Of a stretch of DNA of 64,000 bases, positions 36,339-54,630 are shown piece after piece (positions within the stretch are counted from its first letter, which is position 1; the number at the start of each line of letters is the position of its first letter). Under the pieces are notes generated by a model. That model searched no databases and was not told the origin of the DNA. It was given only the letters and a program-made list of their open reading frames with translations. The DNA lies in NCBI GenBank assembly GCA_033442325.1, contig JAWQFM010000001.1, positions 984,779-1,048,778 of the forward strand, written 5' to 3'. This stretch comes from Salpingoeca rosetta. Lineage: Eukaryota; Protista; Choanoflagellata. The position numbers and the translations under genes are program-made.

Positions 36339-36370
36339 GACAGACAAACACACACACAAACACACACCAT
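31230..36370 (-). CDS. IFT56: Intraflagellar transport protein 56 (TTC26/DYF-13)
   Basis: M|[29 protein letters not shown]; [12 protein letters not shown]; [12 protein letters not shown]; [17 protein letters not shown]; [13 protein letters not shown]; [10 protein letters not shown]; [11 protein letters not shown]; [15 protein letters not shown]; [10 protein letters not shown]; [33 protein letters not shown]. The ATG is a separate micro-exon at 36368-36370. Some internal coding sequence probably falls in the gap at 32241-32340. Confidence 0.92.
32241..32340. other. Assembly gap (100 N) inside IFT56
   Basis: N run following (CA)n. Confidence 1.
36193..36292. other. Assembly gap (100 N) in IFT56 intron 1
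   Basis: N run following (AG)n. Confidence 1.
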
Positions 36371-36494
36371 CTTGTTGGTTTGGTTGTCTGCGACCGTTGG
36401 TAGGCGAAATCTGATGAATGATTTTTATCAATTTTCCAAACTCACACCAACCATCCACTTCTCTGGTCTCTCTCCCCTTACAAATGCGTGCAAT

Positions 36495-38117
36495 TCACGC
36501 CTGGCTGTGGTAGACACAGGTGGGGGCAAGGAACGAAAAGAGCGACGTGAGCTGTGTGGGTGTGTCCTGGCCTGCGCTGGTAACAAACACGGTGTTGTGG
36601 AGATGACGACGCACGCGCGGCGGCAGCAGCGTCGCCTGGCAAGTGACACCGTTCATGCGCTGCATCGCAAAGGAAAAGGTGGTGGGCGTCGCATCCTCTT
36701 CATCTGTCGTCGTTGCTGTCGTCGTTGTCGCCACTTTGCTTCCAGTCAAGTGCTGGAGGAGCAGCGCACCATCTTTCGCTCGCTGTTGTTGCGGGCAGAG
36801 CTCAGGCGGGCATCGCATGTTTGGCAACGCACGGAAGCCAACCAGCTCATAGCCTGCTTTGCCAAACCCTTCAAACACGTCGAGCGCATGCTGCTGCACC
36901 ACTTGCTGCGGTGCCTGGATCACTGCACACGCCACCTCCACAATACGCGAGCTGGCGGGGTCACGGACAGCACTTGCGCCCATCGTCGCTGGGTCCGACA
37001 TGTCCAGCCACGCGCGCACACACGCGACACTTGCGCGCGCGGAGGCCACCGTTGGAGACACTGCAGTTGCAAAAGGAAGCAGGAACGGATGTGGGCAAGG
37101 AGTGGGAAGAGGGCAACGAAGACAAGAGCGTGCGTGGTATGTGTGTGTGTGTGTGTGTGTGTGTGAAGAGCGCGTAAACGTTCACACACACGCACACATA
37201 CACACCGACGAAAATGTCATTGTCTCACCCCCAATACAAACCATACGCACACACCTGCAATGTGTTGGCGGTGAGATGGTGGCATCTCCACACTGTCGGG
37301 GCCAAGTAGATGCAAGAGCTTGGCTACTGCGTTGACGCGGCGAACGACCAGCAGCACCGTGTGCCCCATCGTGATGTTGGATGACGATAACGTGGACGGC
37401 GATGATGGCGATGAAGCCGACGGTGAAGGGGATGGTGCAATCACGGCAGTGAGGGTTGTAGCATCACAGCGCATGGCCTCACATAGCGTGCGCTGCTGTG
37501 ACGGTGACACCGCGCCCCACTGCCCACAGACGACCTCAAATCCATGCTTGCGCAGCAGAGGCAGTGCACGCGAAAACGAGTGCGGGTGCACAGCAACAAC
37601 GGTCGGCAGCGGGGCGGTGAGGGCAGGGTCCATCCACGACACGGGCTGTGGCAGCAGCGGGGCAAACAGGCGCGGCGGCACTAGCACCTCCTTCTCGGCA
37701 AAGAGGAGAGCAAGCTGCGTGTAGGCCTGGGCGAGCGCACTGGCGGCCACGCGGTCTTGTGGCAGCGATGCTGCGCGCGCAGCGGACGGCATGGCCCTGA
37801 TCACGAGTGGTGGCGGTGGTGGTGTTTGAACGATCAACGTGAGGTGAGGCGAGGGTGATTGCGTGGGTATTGGATGGATTGTGTTTGACCAGCACAAAAG
37901 GAACGCAAGGAAACAAGGCAAGCGCAATATTGCCGTGTGTGTGTGTGCGTGTGCATGCGAACGGTGGCATCAGTGGCACGTACGTCCTGATGCGGGTGCA
38001 GCAGTCCAGGCCAGCGAATACACAAGCAAACAACGGCATCCTAATCAGACAACCAAGTCACGGTGAGCAAGTGGTAAGCCATGGAAACGAGAGCAGCGAA
38101 CACACACACTCATACAC

Positions 38118-38148
<31 letters not shown>

Positions 38149-38557
38149 CACACACACACAGTGACACAGTCGCAGGGAGCAACACCTGCAGTAGGCTGCG
38201 ATGCTGGCCTTCATGTTCGGGTGGCCAATCTCGTAGGGAGACAGCACGCGTGCCTGAAACGACTCCACTTGTTGGATATGCTTGCAGGCAACCAAGACAC
38301 ACCCCGTGCTCTCACGCAAGACATCCACCACGCGCCAGTGCGCCTGCGCTGTCGCCCCTTGAATTGTGACGACGCACACGTGCGGCAGCTCCGCCAGTTC
38401 TGGCGTGTGAAAGTGGTCCGGTGTTGCACGCGCAGACACGCGCTTGTTGAAGGTGGCCTGGGACGGCGGCGCACCCACGCTCACCGTCAACACATCAACC
38501 TCGCTCGCCCTCAGCGAACACGCACCCCCTTCCATAATGTGAACGCTGGGCCGCCTG

Positions 38558-38618
<61 letters not shown>

Positions 38619-38900
38619 GCATGTGCGTGTGTACGCTGTCTTGCAACAATGTGGCACGCTGCTGGGGCTGTCCGTACATCGATACGAGAACGGCAAACGC
38701 ACTGGTTTTCGCTTGGGTGCTTGCTTGTCTCGTTGCTGATATGGCAGGCTGCTGCTGTCGATCGCTGTGCGATGGTGGGAAGGTGAGGGTAGTCGGGACG
38801 CGCGAATATCCACACGCGTGGATGACGGTACCTGCACGAGCCGGGAGAATCATGCGCAGTCAGAACATCAACATTTGAACGAGTCACAGGTTTTGCACGC

Positions 38901-38931
<31 letters not shown>

Positions 38932-41381
38932 AACACACGCACGCGCGCACATACACACACAGACACACACAGCGTCCTTGTGTGCTGGGCGTTGTTACCG
39001 ATCTCAGCGAGGTGCTGGATGACACTGAAGCAGATCTCAAGCGGCGCTGCTGGCGGGAGAACAACGAGCGCACGTGTCACCTCGGGTGCACGCAGCAGCG
39101 ACCGCGATGGCCTGATATGGAGAAGGACAGCACATTCTCAACGGTAAGTCACCGTTGACTGCAACACACACACACACACACAGACACAGACACAGACACA
39201 AACACAGACACAAAACACACACAGACACATACACACAGACACAGACTCAGACACATATACACACACACACACAGACACACATAGATACAAACACACACGC
39301 GCACACAAAAGCACGCGAGCACTCACTTGTCGAGGTCACGTGGGTCGCGAAGCCGGGGGCCGAACCAGCGCACAACATCCACAGCCGGCGCAGCGTGTGC
39401 GTGTGTTGTTGAGAAGAGGAGCTGGTACCGCCGCTGGCCAAAGACGGCGTGCAGGCTTGCGGGGTCGGTGCGTTTGGCCAACAGCGGGTCTCCGGGCCCA
39501 AGCAGCGACTGGATGCGCGGCAGAACACCATTTCCGGCGAAACACAGCGCGAGCATTGGAATTGTGGCCGTGTCTCTATTGCCATCATTGCCTTTGCTGC
39601 TGTCTGCAGATTGAGGCGTGCGTACACCAACAGCACCACCAACAGCACCACCGCCGTTGCTGCTGCCGTTAGTGGTGGAGGCGACGACGTGCGACTGCAG
39701 GTCTTGGAGATGGTGATCGTTGAGCAGAAGCGGCGGGAAATCAGCGTGGAGTGCAGACGACAGAGGAAGGTGAACAACACGGCAGCCAATCAGCGGTACG
39801 TGCAGTGTGCACGTGGCTGTGGCCAACAGCGCAGCCACCGCAACGCCGCTGTTGCTGGTCGTGTACGGAAGCGCAAGAACCAGCGCTGTATCAACCTGCT
39901 CATCCGCCATCCCATCCACACCGTGCGTTGCTGCTGCTGCTGCTGATGGTGTTACCGTCTTCGCTGAAGCGCCTGGCGCGGCGGCATTCAAGCCCGAGAA
40001 ACGCCTGACAAATCGGTGGTCGCCGGGAAATGCACAGAAGATGCTTGGTTCCTGTGCAAACAAAGCACCATCGCCGTCACACACGCGCACCAGCAGGTCC
40101 CCAACCGTCACACCCGCTCTGCTACCGTCAGCATCTTGCTCGTTCCCACAAGGGAGCGGGAATCCAGCCGCCAGCGCGCGTGCATGCACATCGGTGACCA
40201 ATGTTGACAATTGCGTCGTGTTCAGGAGGTCAACAACTCCCTGGCGCCGCCCCTTGCCGTGTGCGAGCAGGCACCGCAGCCAGGGCCCGCTGCCGTTGTC
40301 ATGGGCACTGCTTCCCCTGGCGCCTGCTGCTGATGGCATGTTGCCGTCATCGCCTTCAAGCTGAAGAGCACTGAGCGTGAACAGCGGCTGCTGTTGTTCC
40401 TGTTCCTGTTGGTGGTGACGATTGGGCGCAGTGGATGGTCGGCTGTCGTCTTTGGCTTGCGGATCAGCAGCGCGCGACCACAGCCACGCAATCAAGGCAA
40501 CGTACGCACGTGGCGATACATCACAGACTGAAAGCGTGACCTCGGTCAGGTCGCATGCTTGCAGGCAACTTGAAGAAGTTGCCGCAAGGCCTTCCTCAAA
40601 GGACACAGCAGCATCGAACACTAGCGGTGCCGGTGATGACAGCGACGACACACGCGAGAGAACACGCGCCTGCCGCTGTTGCTCTGGTGTTGCTGCTGTC
40701 GAGTTTGCGGTCGTCTGGCGGAAGCAAGTCTCCGTGTTGGCATTCACAAGCCGCTGCTGCGGTCCCCCACCAACATGACGGCCATTGCTACTGCTGCCGC
40801 TGTCGGTGGTGGTGGTTTGAGCAAAGTGAACGTGCTTTGGCTTAGGTTCTGATAACACCTTCACGACGTGATCCAGCTCCTCATCCGTGCATTCGTTCAG
40901 GAATTGAAGTGCAAAAGCCGTGCTGGTGGTAGAGTCGCCGTGTTCCTCGCCACCGCCGTCGCCAGTGGTCTCGCCTCTGCAGCTTGCCTTCTCTCTTCTC
41001 TCCTGCTCTTCAAGTTCCTTTTGAAGTTCGCGGCGCAACTCGTCACGCGTGAGCGAATACATGCTGTCGCGTTTCCCCTCGTGCTCTTCAGCAGTCATGG
41101 TGGATGATGACTTGAGGATGGACTTTGGTGGTGCAGCCGCCAGCAGCCGTTGCACATCCTCACCGTGTTGCTGCTGCTGCTGCTGCTGTTGTTGTTGTTG
41201 CTGTTGCTGCTGCTGCTGCTGTTGTTGTTGTTGCTGTTGCTGCTGCTGCTGTTGCTGCTGTTGTTGTTGTTGTTGTTGCTGCTGCTGCTGCTGCTGCTGT
41301 TGTTGTTGTTGCTGTTGCTGCTGCTGCTGCTGCTGCTGTTGTTGTTGATCGTGATGATGGTGCTGCTGCTGCTGCTGCTGC

Positions 41382-41444
<63 letters not shown>

Positions 41445-41446
41445 CG

Positions 41447-41510
<64 letters not shown>

Positions 41511-41659
41511 CTGCGTGAGCGCCTGCGTCCGCGTTTCCCACGCCTTCTGGTGAGCCGCGTCACCGCCGGTCGCGCCTGCTCGCCTGTCAAGCGCAAAGTT
41601 CACGTGAGATGCAAATAATTCCCTCTGCAGTAACGAAGAGAACACACACACAGGCGCGT

Positions 41660-41728
<69 letters not shown>

Positions 41729-44246
41729 CGCACACACACACAGGATGTGGCACCTTGGTCGCGGGCGCGAACAAACGACGCCAAGGACGGCGTCTCCGTT
41801 GTCAACTGCTTGAGTGTGTCATCATCCTTCTCCTCATCGCCATCATCATCATCATCACCATGAACAGCACCAGTAGCAGCAGCAGTTGAGGTGGCGCCAT
41901 CATCTTCGTTTCGTAATGCGTTGTGCTGTCTCCGCTCTTGGTCATCCTTCATGGACGATCCAGCACCGTGCTCACCATCGGCATCAGCTGTCGTGGTTGC
42001 CTGTCTCCCCTCAGCATCACCACCTTGGGTGCGCTGCTGCTGATGTGTGTCAGTGTGCGGTCCACGTTGCTCCTCCTGCTGCCCGCCTTCCATCTCGCGC
42101 CTCAGCCGTCTGAAGAAGAGCTCATCATCATCGTCATCATCGTCATCATCGTCGTCGCCACTGCCGCTGCCGCCACGATGGCCGCTGCCATGCCGTTGAG
42201 TTTGGGCTGAAAGTTGCTCATGCACGTGTTGATCTTCCCCTGCACCCGCAATCGGCGCCACAGCCTTGTCTCCCACTGTGGCACCAGCTGGCGATTGGGG
42301 TGGACGGTTGGTCCGGTTCATCCGCTGCGCCATGATGGAGGCCGCTCGGCGAGATGCACGTGTCGTTGCACCCACACGGTCGTCGCCACCTTGCTCCACT
42401 GCACTGCTCTCACCGTCCCCACGACCCCTAGCCGGTGTGCTGTCGCTGCTGTTCAAGTCAGCACTGGGCGGCTGCTGTGAAGGCGGTGCTGTCAGGTCAA
42501 TCACAATCGTCTTTGAGATGGCTGCAAAGCCACAACACGGCGTTGCGACATGTGGGTGTATGCACATAGGTGCGTGTGCATGTGAGCGTATGTGAGCGTA
42601 TGCGTGCGGATGCCAACATGTTTCTTTGCCACCTGAGAGCGTGCAAGGCTCTGCAACCTGAGCACGGGCGCAATTCCTTGTGTATGTATGTGCGTGTGTG
42701 TGTGTGTGTGTGCGGCTGCGTTTGAAAACCGCGCGGCAGGTGTGGCCACAACAATGAAGATTGAAGGAAACGAGGGCAATGTGTACAATACAAGGCTGCA
42801 ACTTGACAACGCAACAGTGTGTACGCACTGTATCTCGGCTGATGCTTCTGCAGCAGGAGGCGATTGTTGGCCCTCTGTCGGTTAAACATCAACACGTCTT
42901 CATCCTCATCAGCGTCGTCGTCATCGTCCTCCAAGGTGAGATCTGGCACACCCTCAAATCGCACCCGCCTCTTTTCAGGTCGACGGTGGCCGGGGCGTGC
43001 TGATGAGGTGCTGGCAGTGGAAGCACGTGTGCTCCTGTGGGCAGCAGCTGTTGTGCTTGTAGGCACAGACCGGGTGTCCTGCAGCCGTTGTTGCACTTCG
43101 TCAGCCCCATGGGGCAGGATGCTGTCGAGCTCCTTGGGCATTTCGAGGTGGACTGCAAACAGCGCCTGTGTCGGCACGGGCGTGTCTGCCGCAGCGTGCG
43201 GGTGGCTCTGGCCGGGAGACTGCGTGTTGTGCTGGGTAGTGGTGGTGTCGAGGCTGGGTAGCGGCGGGGAAGTGGTGGTCCTGGGTTCACTGCTGCGAAG
43301 AAAAGCCTCCAGCGCCATATCTGTGGCTGATTTGCCAGGTGACAGCAGGAGCGATGGGCGACGGTGGCCCGGTTGCTGGTGTTCTTGCCACGAAGTCGGT
43401 GTGGAGGGTGTTGCTGGCGTTTCGGCGGCCACCTTCTCCTCCTGCAGCTTTGTTTGGCCATGGGTACCAAGGAGTTCACGGCTGGATGGGTGAGCTTGGT
43501 GACTCGGCGCCTGCTGAGACGGTGGCGCTGGTACTGCGTTGGTGAGCGCCGCCGCCCGAAGCTCGGTCACCGCGGTTGTCTCTGCTGCAGTACTGACCGT
43601 GTGGTGTTGCACCTGGACTTGAACGTCCATGTTCGCAGCACGAGGTCTGGATAGTCGCGCCCAAGGCTCTTCTTCTTCATCATCATCAATATCGTCATCG
43701 AGAGTGAGGTTGCGGTCATCGTCGTTGTCGTCGCCATCAGCAAGCAGGCTGGGCAAGCTCGGGTGGGCCTCATCATCGCTGTTTAAGCTGACGGTCCAAG
43801 CATCGGTGCGAGAGAAGATGCCAATGTCAGCAGCGCTGCTGGCAGTGGAGACCTGAAGAGAGAAGTGGCAGGTTTGTCAACCAAGCAGCAAGCGGAAGGG
43901 AGGTGAAAAGGGGTAGCAAGCTTGGTGAGCACCAACAATGAGGGGTGCAGGCAAGTTGTGTGTTTCGTGTGTATGTATTCGTCCCAGATTCATCTACACC
44001 AAACAAGATCTCGCACACACATAGGCATACGTATAGACGAATGCACACAGACACACACAAACACACACGCAGACACACGCACACACACGCAGACACACAC
44101 GCAGACACACGCACACACACGCAGACACACACGCAGACACACAGCCACACACGCAGACACACAGCCACACACACACACACATACACACGCACAGTGTCGT
44201 CATCATCAGAGAGGGATGGCAGATCCAAGTCGGGTAGGTCAGCCAT
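36495..44246 (-). CDS. Large low-complexity/polyQ protein with degenerate NDK-like C-terminal domains; possible DNAAF8/DAAP1 (C16orf71) homolog
   Basis: Exons about 44193-44246, 42829-43852, 41754-42521, 39327-41583, 38999-39111, 38185-38831, 37255-37797, 36495-37060, phase-compatible. NDK-like motifs [32 protein letters not shown] and [20 protein letters not shown]-terminal LPSL..IFSR and TIVIDL motifs resemble DNAAF8 as I recall it. Confidence 0.6.
41167..41509 (-). repeat. Coding CAA/CAG polyglutamine tract (~110 residues) in the DNAAF8-like gene
   Basis: In frame within ORF 39323-41596. Confidence 0.85.
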
Positions 44247-44579
44247 GACCAGCTCACTCACACACTCACTCACTCTCACACACTCGCTCTCCCCTTGCGC
44301 CCGCTCTGCACTTGTCTCCGGCTCTACTGTGCGGTGTTGATCGAGACAACACACACACACACACACACGGTCAAGTCGAGCGACAAGCAGGCTGGCTGGT
44401 GGCCGTTGTTGTGTGGTGGAAGCGTTGTTGTTGCTGTGTTTGCCGTTTCGTCGAAATTTGCTGATGATCATTCACAACTTCTCTACAACCACCTCAACTA
44501 ACTCGACCACCACCACCAACAGCCAACACCACACATCCCAGCACCCAGCAGGTCACACTCACAACTACACCTCACCAGC
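44247..44579. promoter_or_regulatory. Putative bidirectional promoter DNAAF8-like / RGP1 (333 bp)
   Basis: Divergent ATGs at 44246 (-) and 44580 (+). Confidence 0.5.
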
Positions 44580-45516
44580 ATGTTGGAGTGGAGTGTGACG
44601 GTGGCGGAGCCCGTTGTGTTGACGGGCGAGACGGTGAGGCTGCGAAGCATCATCCGAAACACGACAAAGGCAGCAGGGACGGCAACGGCAGACACGGGCC
44701 ACCAGGCCAGCGGTGGGCAGCAGACAAGCAGCTTTCATGGCACGGCGAGCACAGCAGCATCCTCAGTCACGAACACGACCACGGCATTATCAGGACCAAC
44801 AGCGGCTTCAGACACCAGCAGTCAGAGCGGCAATGCCGCGCGCGTTGTGAGCGGATATCGGCCAGTGCACTTTGAGCGGGATGCCCACGCTGCAACAGCG
44901 GGCCATGCAAATGGCACCGCGCCGGGAGGGACATTGAGCGCAAGGCCGTCAGCGGGCATGATCAATGGACACGCCACAGGCCACGGTGCCGCCACAGGGA
45001 GTGGCGGCTCCAGACACGTTGTTGAAGGCACCGAAGCGATTGCATGCGCCATTATCCAAGTCGTGTGTCAAATGGCCGGCAATCCAAGCCGTGTGGACAT
45101 GCACAAGACAGAGACACCAACTACATCCTACAGCTTCACCCCAGCATCACGTACGTGCGTGCGGCTGTGCATCTGCTGATGACGAGAACTGATGAAGAGG
45201 AGGTCGTGTCGTGTGCTGTTCTGTGTATCCTTTTCTGGAGGCCTGAGCCTTGCGCACACGTCCGTGTTTGTGCAGTGCGCACGTCAGTGCAGTTGAACGC
45301 TACGGCTTCCCCTCACATGCTTGTCTCCCCCCCCTCTCTCCCTTGCCTTGTGTGCATGTTTTCGGTCTGTCGGCAGAGGCCAAGGGCATGGTCGTATTCG
45401 CATCTGTGCCTGTCATCCTCTTTTGTGATCTTCAGCTTGCACCTGGCGAGTCCAGACAAGGTCAGACGCTGTTCGCACGGACGTTGTGATTGTAGAATGC
45501 AAATTTGCTTTCGCGC

Positions 45517-45547
<31 letters not shown>

Positions 45548-47679
45548 TGGAGATGGGTTCTGTGCGTTGCACTTTGACAAGTATGTCGCTCACTTGTACG
45601 ATGTGTGCGCTGCTGGGCTTCAGACGATGTCTCTGTCAAGATTGCGCAGCACGCTCCACCCACGTACAAGGGCGATTCCATCTCTTACATCTATCGCGTA
45701 TGTGCCGAAGTGCGCGCGCTTGTTTCAGTCTCTCTCTCTCAGTCTCTCTCTCTCTCTCTCTCTGTGAGTTGAAGAAGCTCGGTGAGCTGAGTTGACGTGA
45801 TCAAGCATGCCATCTTGCACGTGTCATTCTATAGCTTGCATGTTTTTCTGCATGGTCATGACCTGCACACAATTGCTTGCCTCCTTCAGGTTGTTGGCGG
45901 CTTGCAACGGTTCGAACACCCCACGCGCTACGCGCATTTGCCCATCAAAGTGCTTGCTGTGCCAGGTTGGTTGGACCCATCACCTTTTTTTTTTTGAGTC
46001 TGTGTCTTTGTCTGTCACTGTCTTTGTCTGTCACTGTCTTTGTCTGTCTGCCTCTCACTCCCCCCTCTCTCTCGCGTGTTCAACTCACGCGTATCCCCAT
46101 GGCTGCCCTGCCCCCAACACTTGCGTTCCACACTCCTACCCCACGACCACGCCTTCCGCTGCTGTTCCCGTGTCGCCAGAAAAAGTGCGCCGTCAGTGCG
46201 CGCGTGGGAGTGCGACGTCTCTTCCAATTGAAGATGCCATCAACGGTCTTGAATCGCCCTCATCGTCGTGTTCCCGCCCCACACAGCCGCACAGGTCAGC
46301 TACTGTTGCAGCGCGCGCGTGTGTATGTGTATGTACATGTGCGTTCGGGCTCGTTTATGTGTGTGTGTGTGTGCGCGCGCATATGAATGAGCACGTCCAT
46401 GTGTGTGTGCCATTGTTCACTTACAACCTTCGTGTATTTTCCCTATATCCTGTCTCGGCCTTCTCCACCACCGCCCGCTTTCAGCCCGTTTGTTCCGCGC
46501 TCGGTTCCAACAGAGACGCGGGACCACATTCTCCGCGCCATCGCCTCGCTCACACGCAGGCGTGCCCCATGTGCGTGGTGGGGCTGCGATGGAAGGGTGC
46601 AGGTGCAGGAGAGTGGAATGAAGTGTCGCCATACTGTTTGTGTGCGTGGGTGTGCGCAGTACATGTGTCGTTGACACACGCACACCTACACACAGTGCCT
46701 TATTCCACCTCCACGTCACCACCATCACCACCACCATCGCCAGGCGTGTTTCGGCTGCGCAACAGCAAAGGAGCACAGATTGCGGGCGTGTCGCTGTCGA
46801 AGCTGTCTTACCGGCTCGGTGAAACAGTGGAACTGACCGTGTCATTGGAGGAGAGCGAGGTCACCGTTGTCCAGGTGGGTTGGCGTCGTAATGCGCAAAC
46901 GCACCGTGAATGGACTTAGTGATGGTGGTGATGGCGGCGAATATCTCCGTCATCAGCTTTTACTCACACTTACACACACACACACACACACTTCCTCACA
47001 CACATTCACACACACGCATGCACGCACTCACCTAGGTGAATGCGCGTTTGGTGAGCCGGGAAGTGGTGCGGCCGGCGCACCGCCTTGCAGGAATCACGGA
47101 CGAACTCGCCACCACCAGCACCACACACGCGTCAACCACTCTGCACACCAGCGTGACCCTTCTTGAATCTGTTGGGCTGCCCATCCCGCTCGTCTCTCAT
47201 ACCAACTTTGAAACACAAACAGGTGCGCAACTGGCAGCGTGCAACATGTTGTTCTAATTTGTGTGTCTTCGGCGCCTGAGAGGGTGTGTGTGTGTGTGTG
47301 CATTGACACGGGACGCCTTTGAGGCGCAGCCTTGAATGGCATGCTTCCTCCTGTGTGCTCATGTCCTCACTTCACCTTTTGCACGCCTACACCAGTTTCT
47401 GTCGAGTGGATGATCGAGGTTGACTTGGCCTATCGCCAGCGCGAGCCCTCTGCATCCGTGCAGCCAACACAAGCACCCGGCCCCGCCACAGCAGCAGCCT
47501 CGTCGTCATCCTCATCCACAGCACCAGCACCATCGCATTCGTCTTCATCATCGTCGCCAGCCCAGCAGCAGTCCTCTGCTACCCCTGATCACGTACGCTG
47601 GACGACAGCGCTTGAGGTATTGCCGGCAAATCCAATCAACATTCCCTTCAAAGCACCGCCCCTCAGCCTCCAATGGTGA
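44580..47679 (+). CDS. RGP1: RGP1, subunit of the Ric1-Rgp1 Rab6 GEF
   Basis: MLEWSVTVAEPVVLTGETV; IACAIIQVVCQ; VILFCDLQLAPGESR; APPTYKGDSISYIYR; GLQRFEHP..LPIKVL; LSKLSYRLGETV; LPIPLVSHTNFET..VSVEW; WTTALEVLPANP. Spliced; stop at 47677-47679. Confidence 0.85.
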
Positions 47680-48001
47680 ACTGATGGCAGCTTAATGCTG
47701 GTGTCGTTACAAAGCACGGATGCCGTGTATGTGTGTGTGTGTGTGTATGTGTGTGCTGTTTGTTTGTTTTTGTGCGTGCAATGGCGTGTGATTTTAATTG
47801 CCACAGCAGATAGTTTGCTCGTTGCAGTTACACAATGCAGTCTTGTCGCGCCTTGCTCGGATGTGTTGACTGTTGACTGGGTGTCTATCGTCACTAGAAA
47901 TGCCTTACTTGCCTGCGCATCAGAAGTTTCTGTACAGTGCCACTTGCGCGCTCTCTCACTCTCACTCCCTCCCTCTGCGCGGACAGACAGACAGACAGAC
48001 A

Positions 48002-48057
<56 letters not shown>

Positions 48058-48149
48058 CACGCGCAGAATGTACATGCCTGGTTCAAGCTCTGGTCGTGTA
48101 TATACAAATACAACCACCGTCACAAGCTGCTTTCTGTGATGGCACGACA

Positions 48150-53776
<5,627 letters not shown>

Positions 53777-54630
53777 CACCCTGGCCATAGGCTGTTAGGT
53801 TACCGCTCTGATACGCCCTGTTCTGTTGTGCTTGTTCTGATGCTCCCTGCTCTGTTGTGCTTGGATGGCATGCTCGCGCTGACGGGCGTGCGTGCGTGTA
53901 TTGCTGTTGTGTGCGTGGTCTAATCAACCAAGCCGGCTGCGCTTTGAGTCGGGTGTTGCTTGTTGTGGTTGATGATGGTGGCTTGGGCGATGCCAAATGC
54001 AGTTTGCAAACGCTTGTGGAGCGTGATCTGCACATTGATGGGCTGACGGTGTCAGGGTTGTTGGCAGTGGAGATGGGTGGTGTTGCTACGCTGATGTATG
54101 GGACTATTGATTAATAAAAGACGTGCGCTTTCGGTCTGACCGAAGAAGATCGACTCAACAGAGTACATCCACAAACGTTTGCACGACGCAGCGCGCATGC
54201 ACTGTGCGCTTCTTCGATGACATGAATGAGACGTGTATTGAACGCACATGGCTTTGGTTTGTACATGGGAAATCACAACAGAGCAGCAAGCGAGGCGCAT
54301 GTGCTCACACGTCACAACACAAGAACGAGACGCACAAAGAATCAACGCAAGAGCAGGCAGGAGCAAACATAGCAACAGCGCATCCTTTAGAGCATCCTTT
54401 CCCTTACCACCACCACCAACAAGCACACGCGCAAGCACAATGCCCGCCGGCAAAACCCAACGACACTTATCATCGCAGCAAGTGGACGCTCACCCGCAAG
54501 TGTAAACACTGACGCATCTATTCCACCCGATACTCCACCCTTCACCTTCCACCCCACACTCAACCTCACTCCACGCAACCCCCACACAACCAATTGTCAT
54601 GCTTCTTCCTCTTTCTCCTCTACCGCCGCT

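Noticed and set aside
53777-54630. Short ORFs between SGF11 and the ZCCHC9-like gene (also 3702-4649)
   Set aside because: Convergent 3' UTR/intergenic regions with no motif or consistent splice support.
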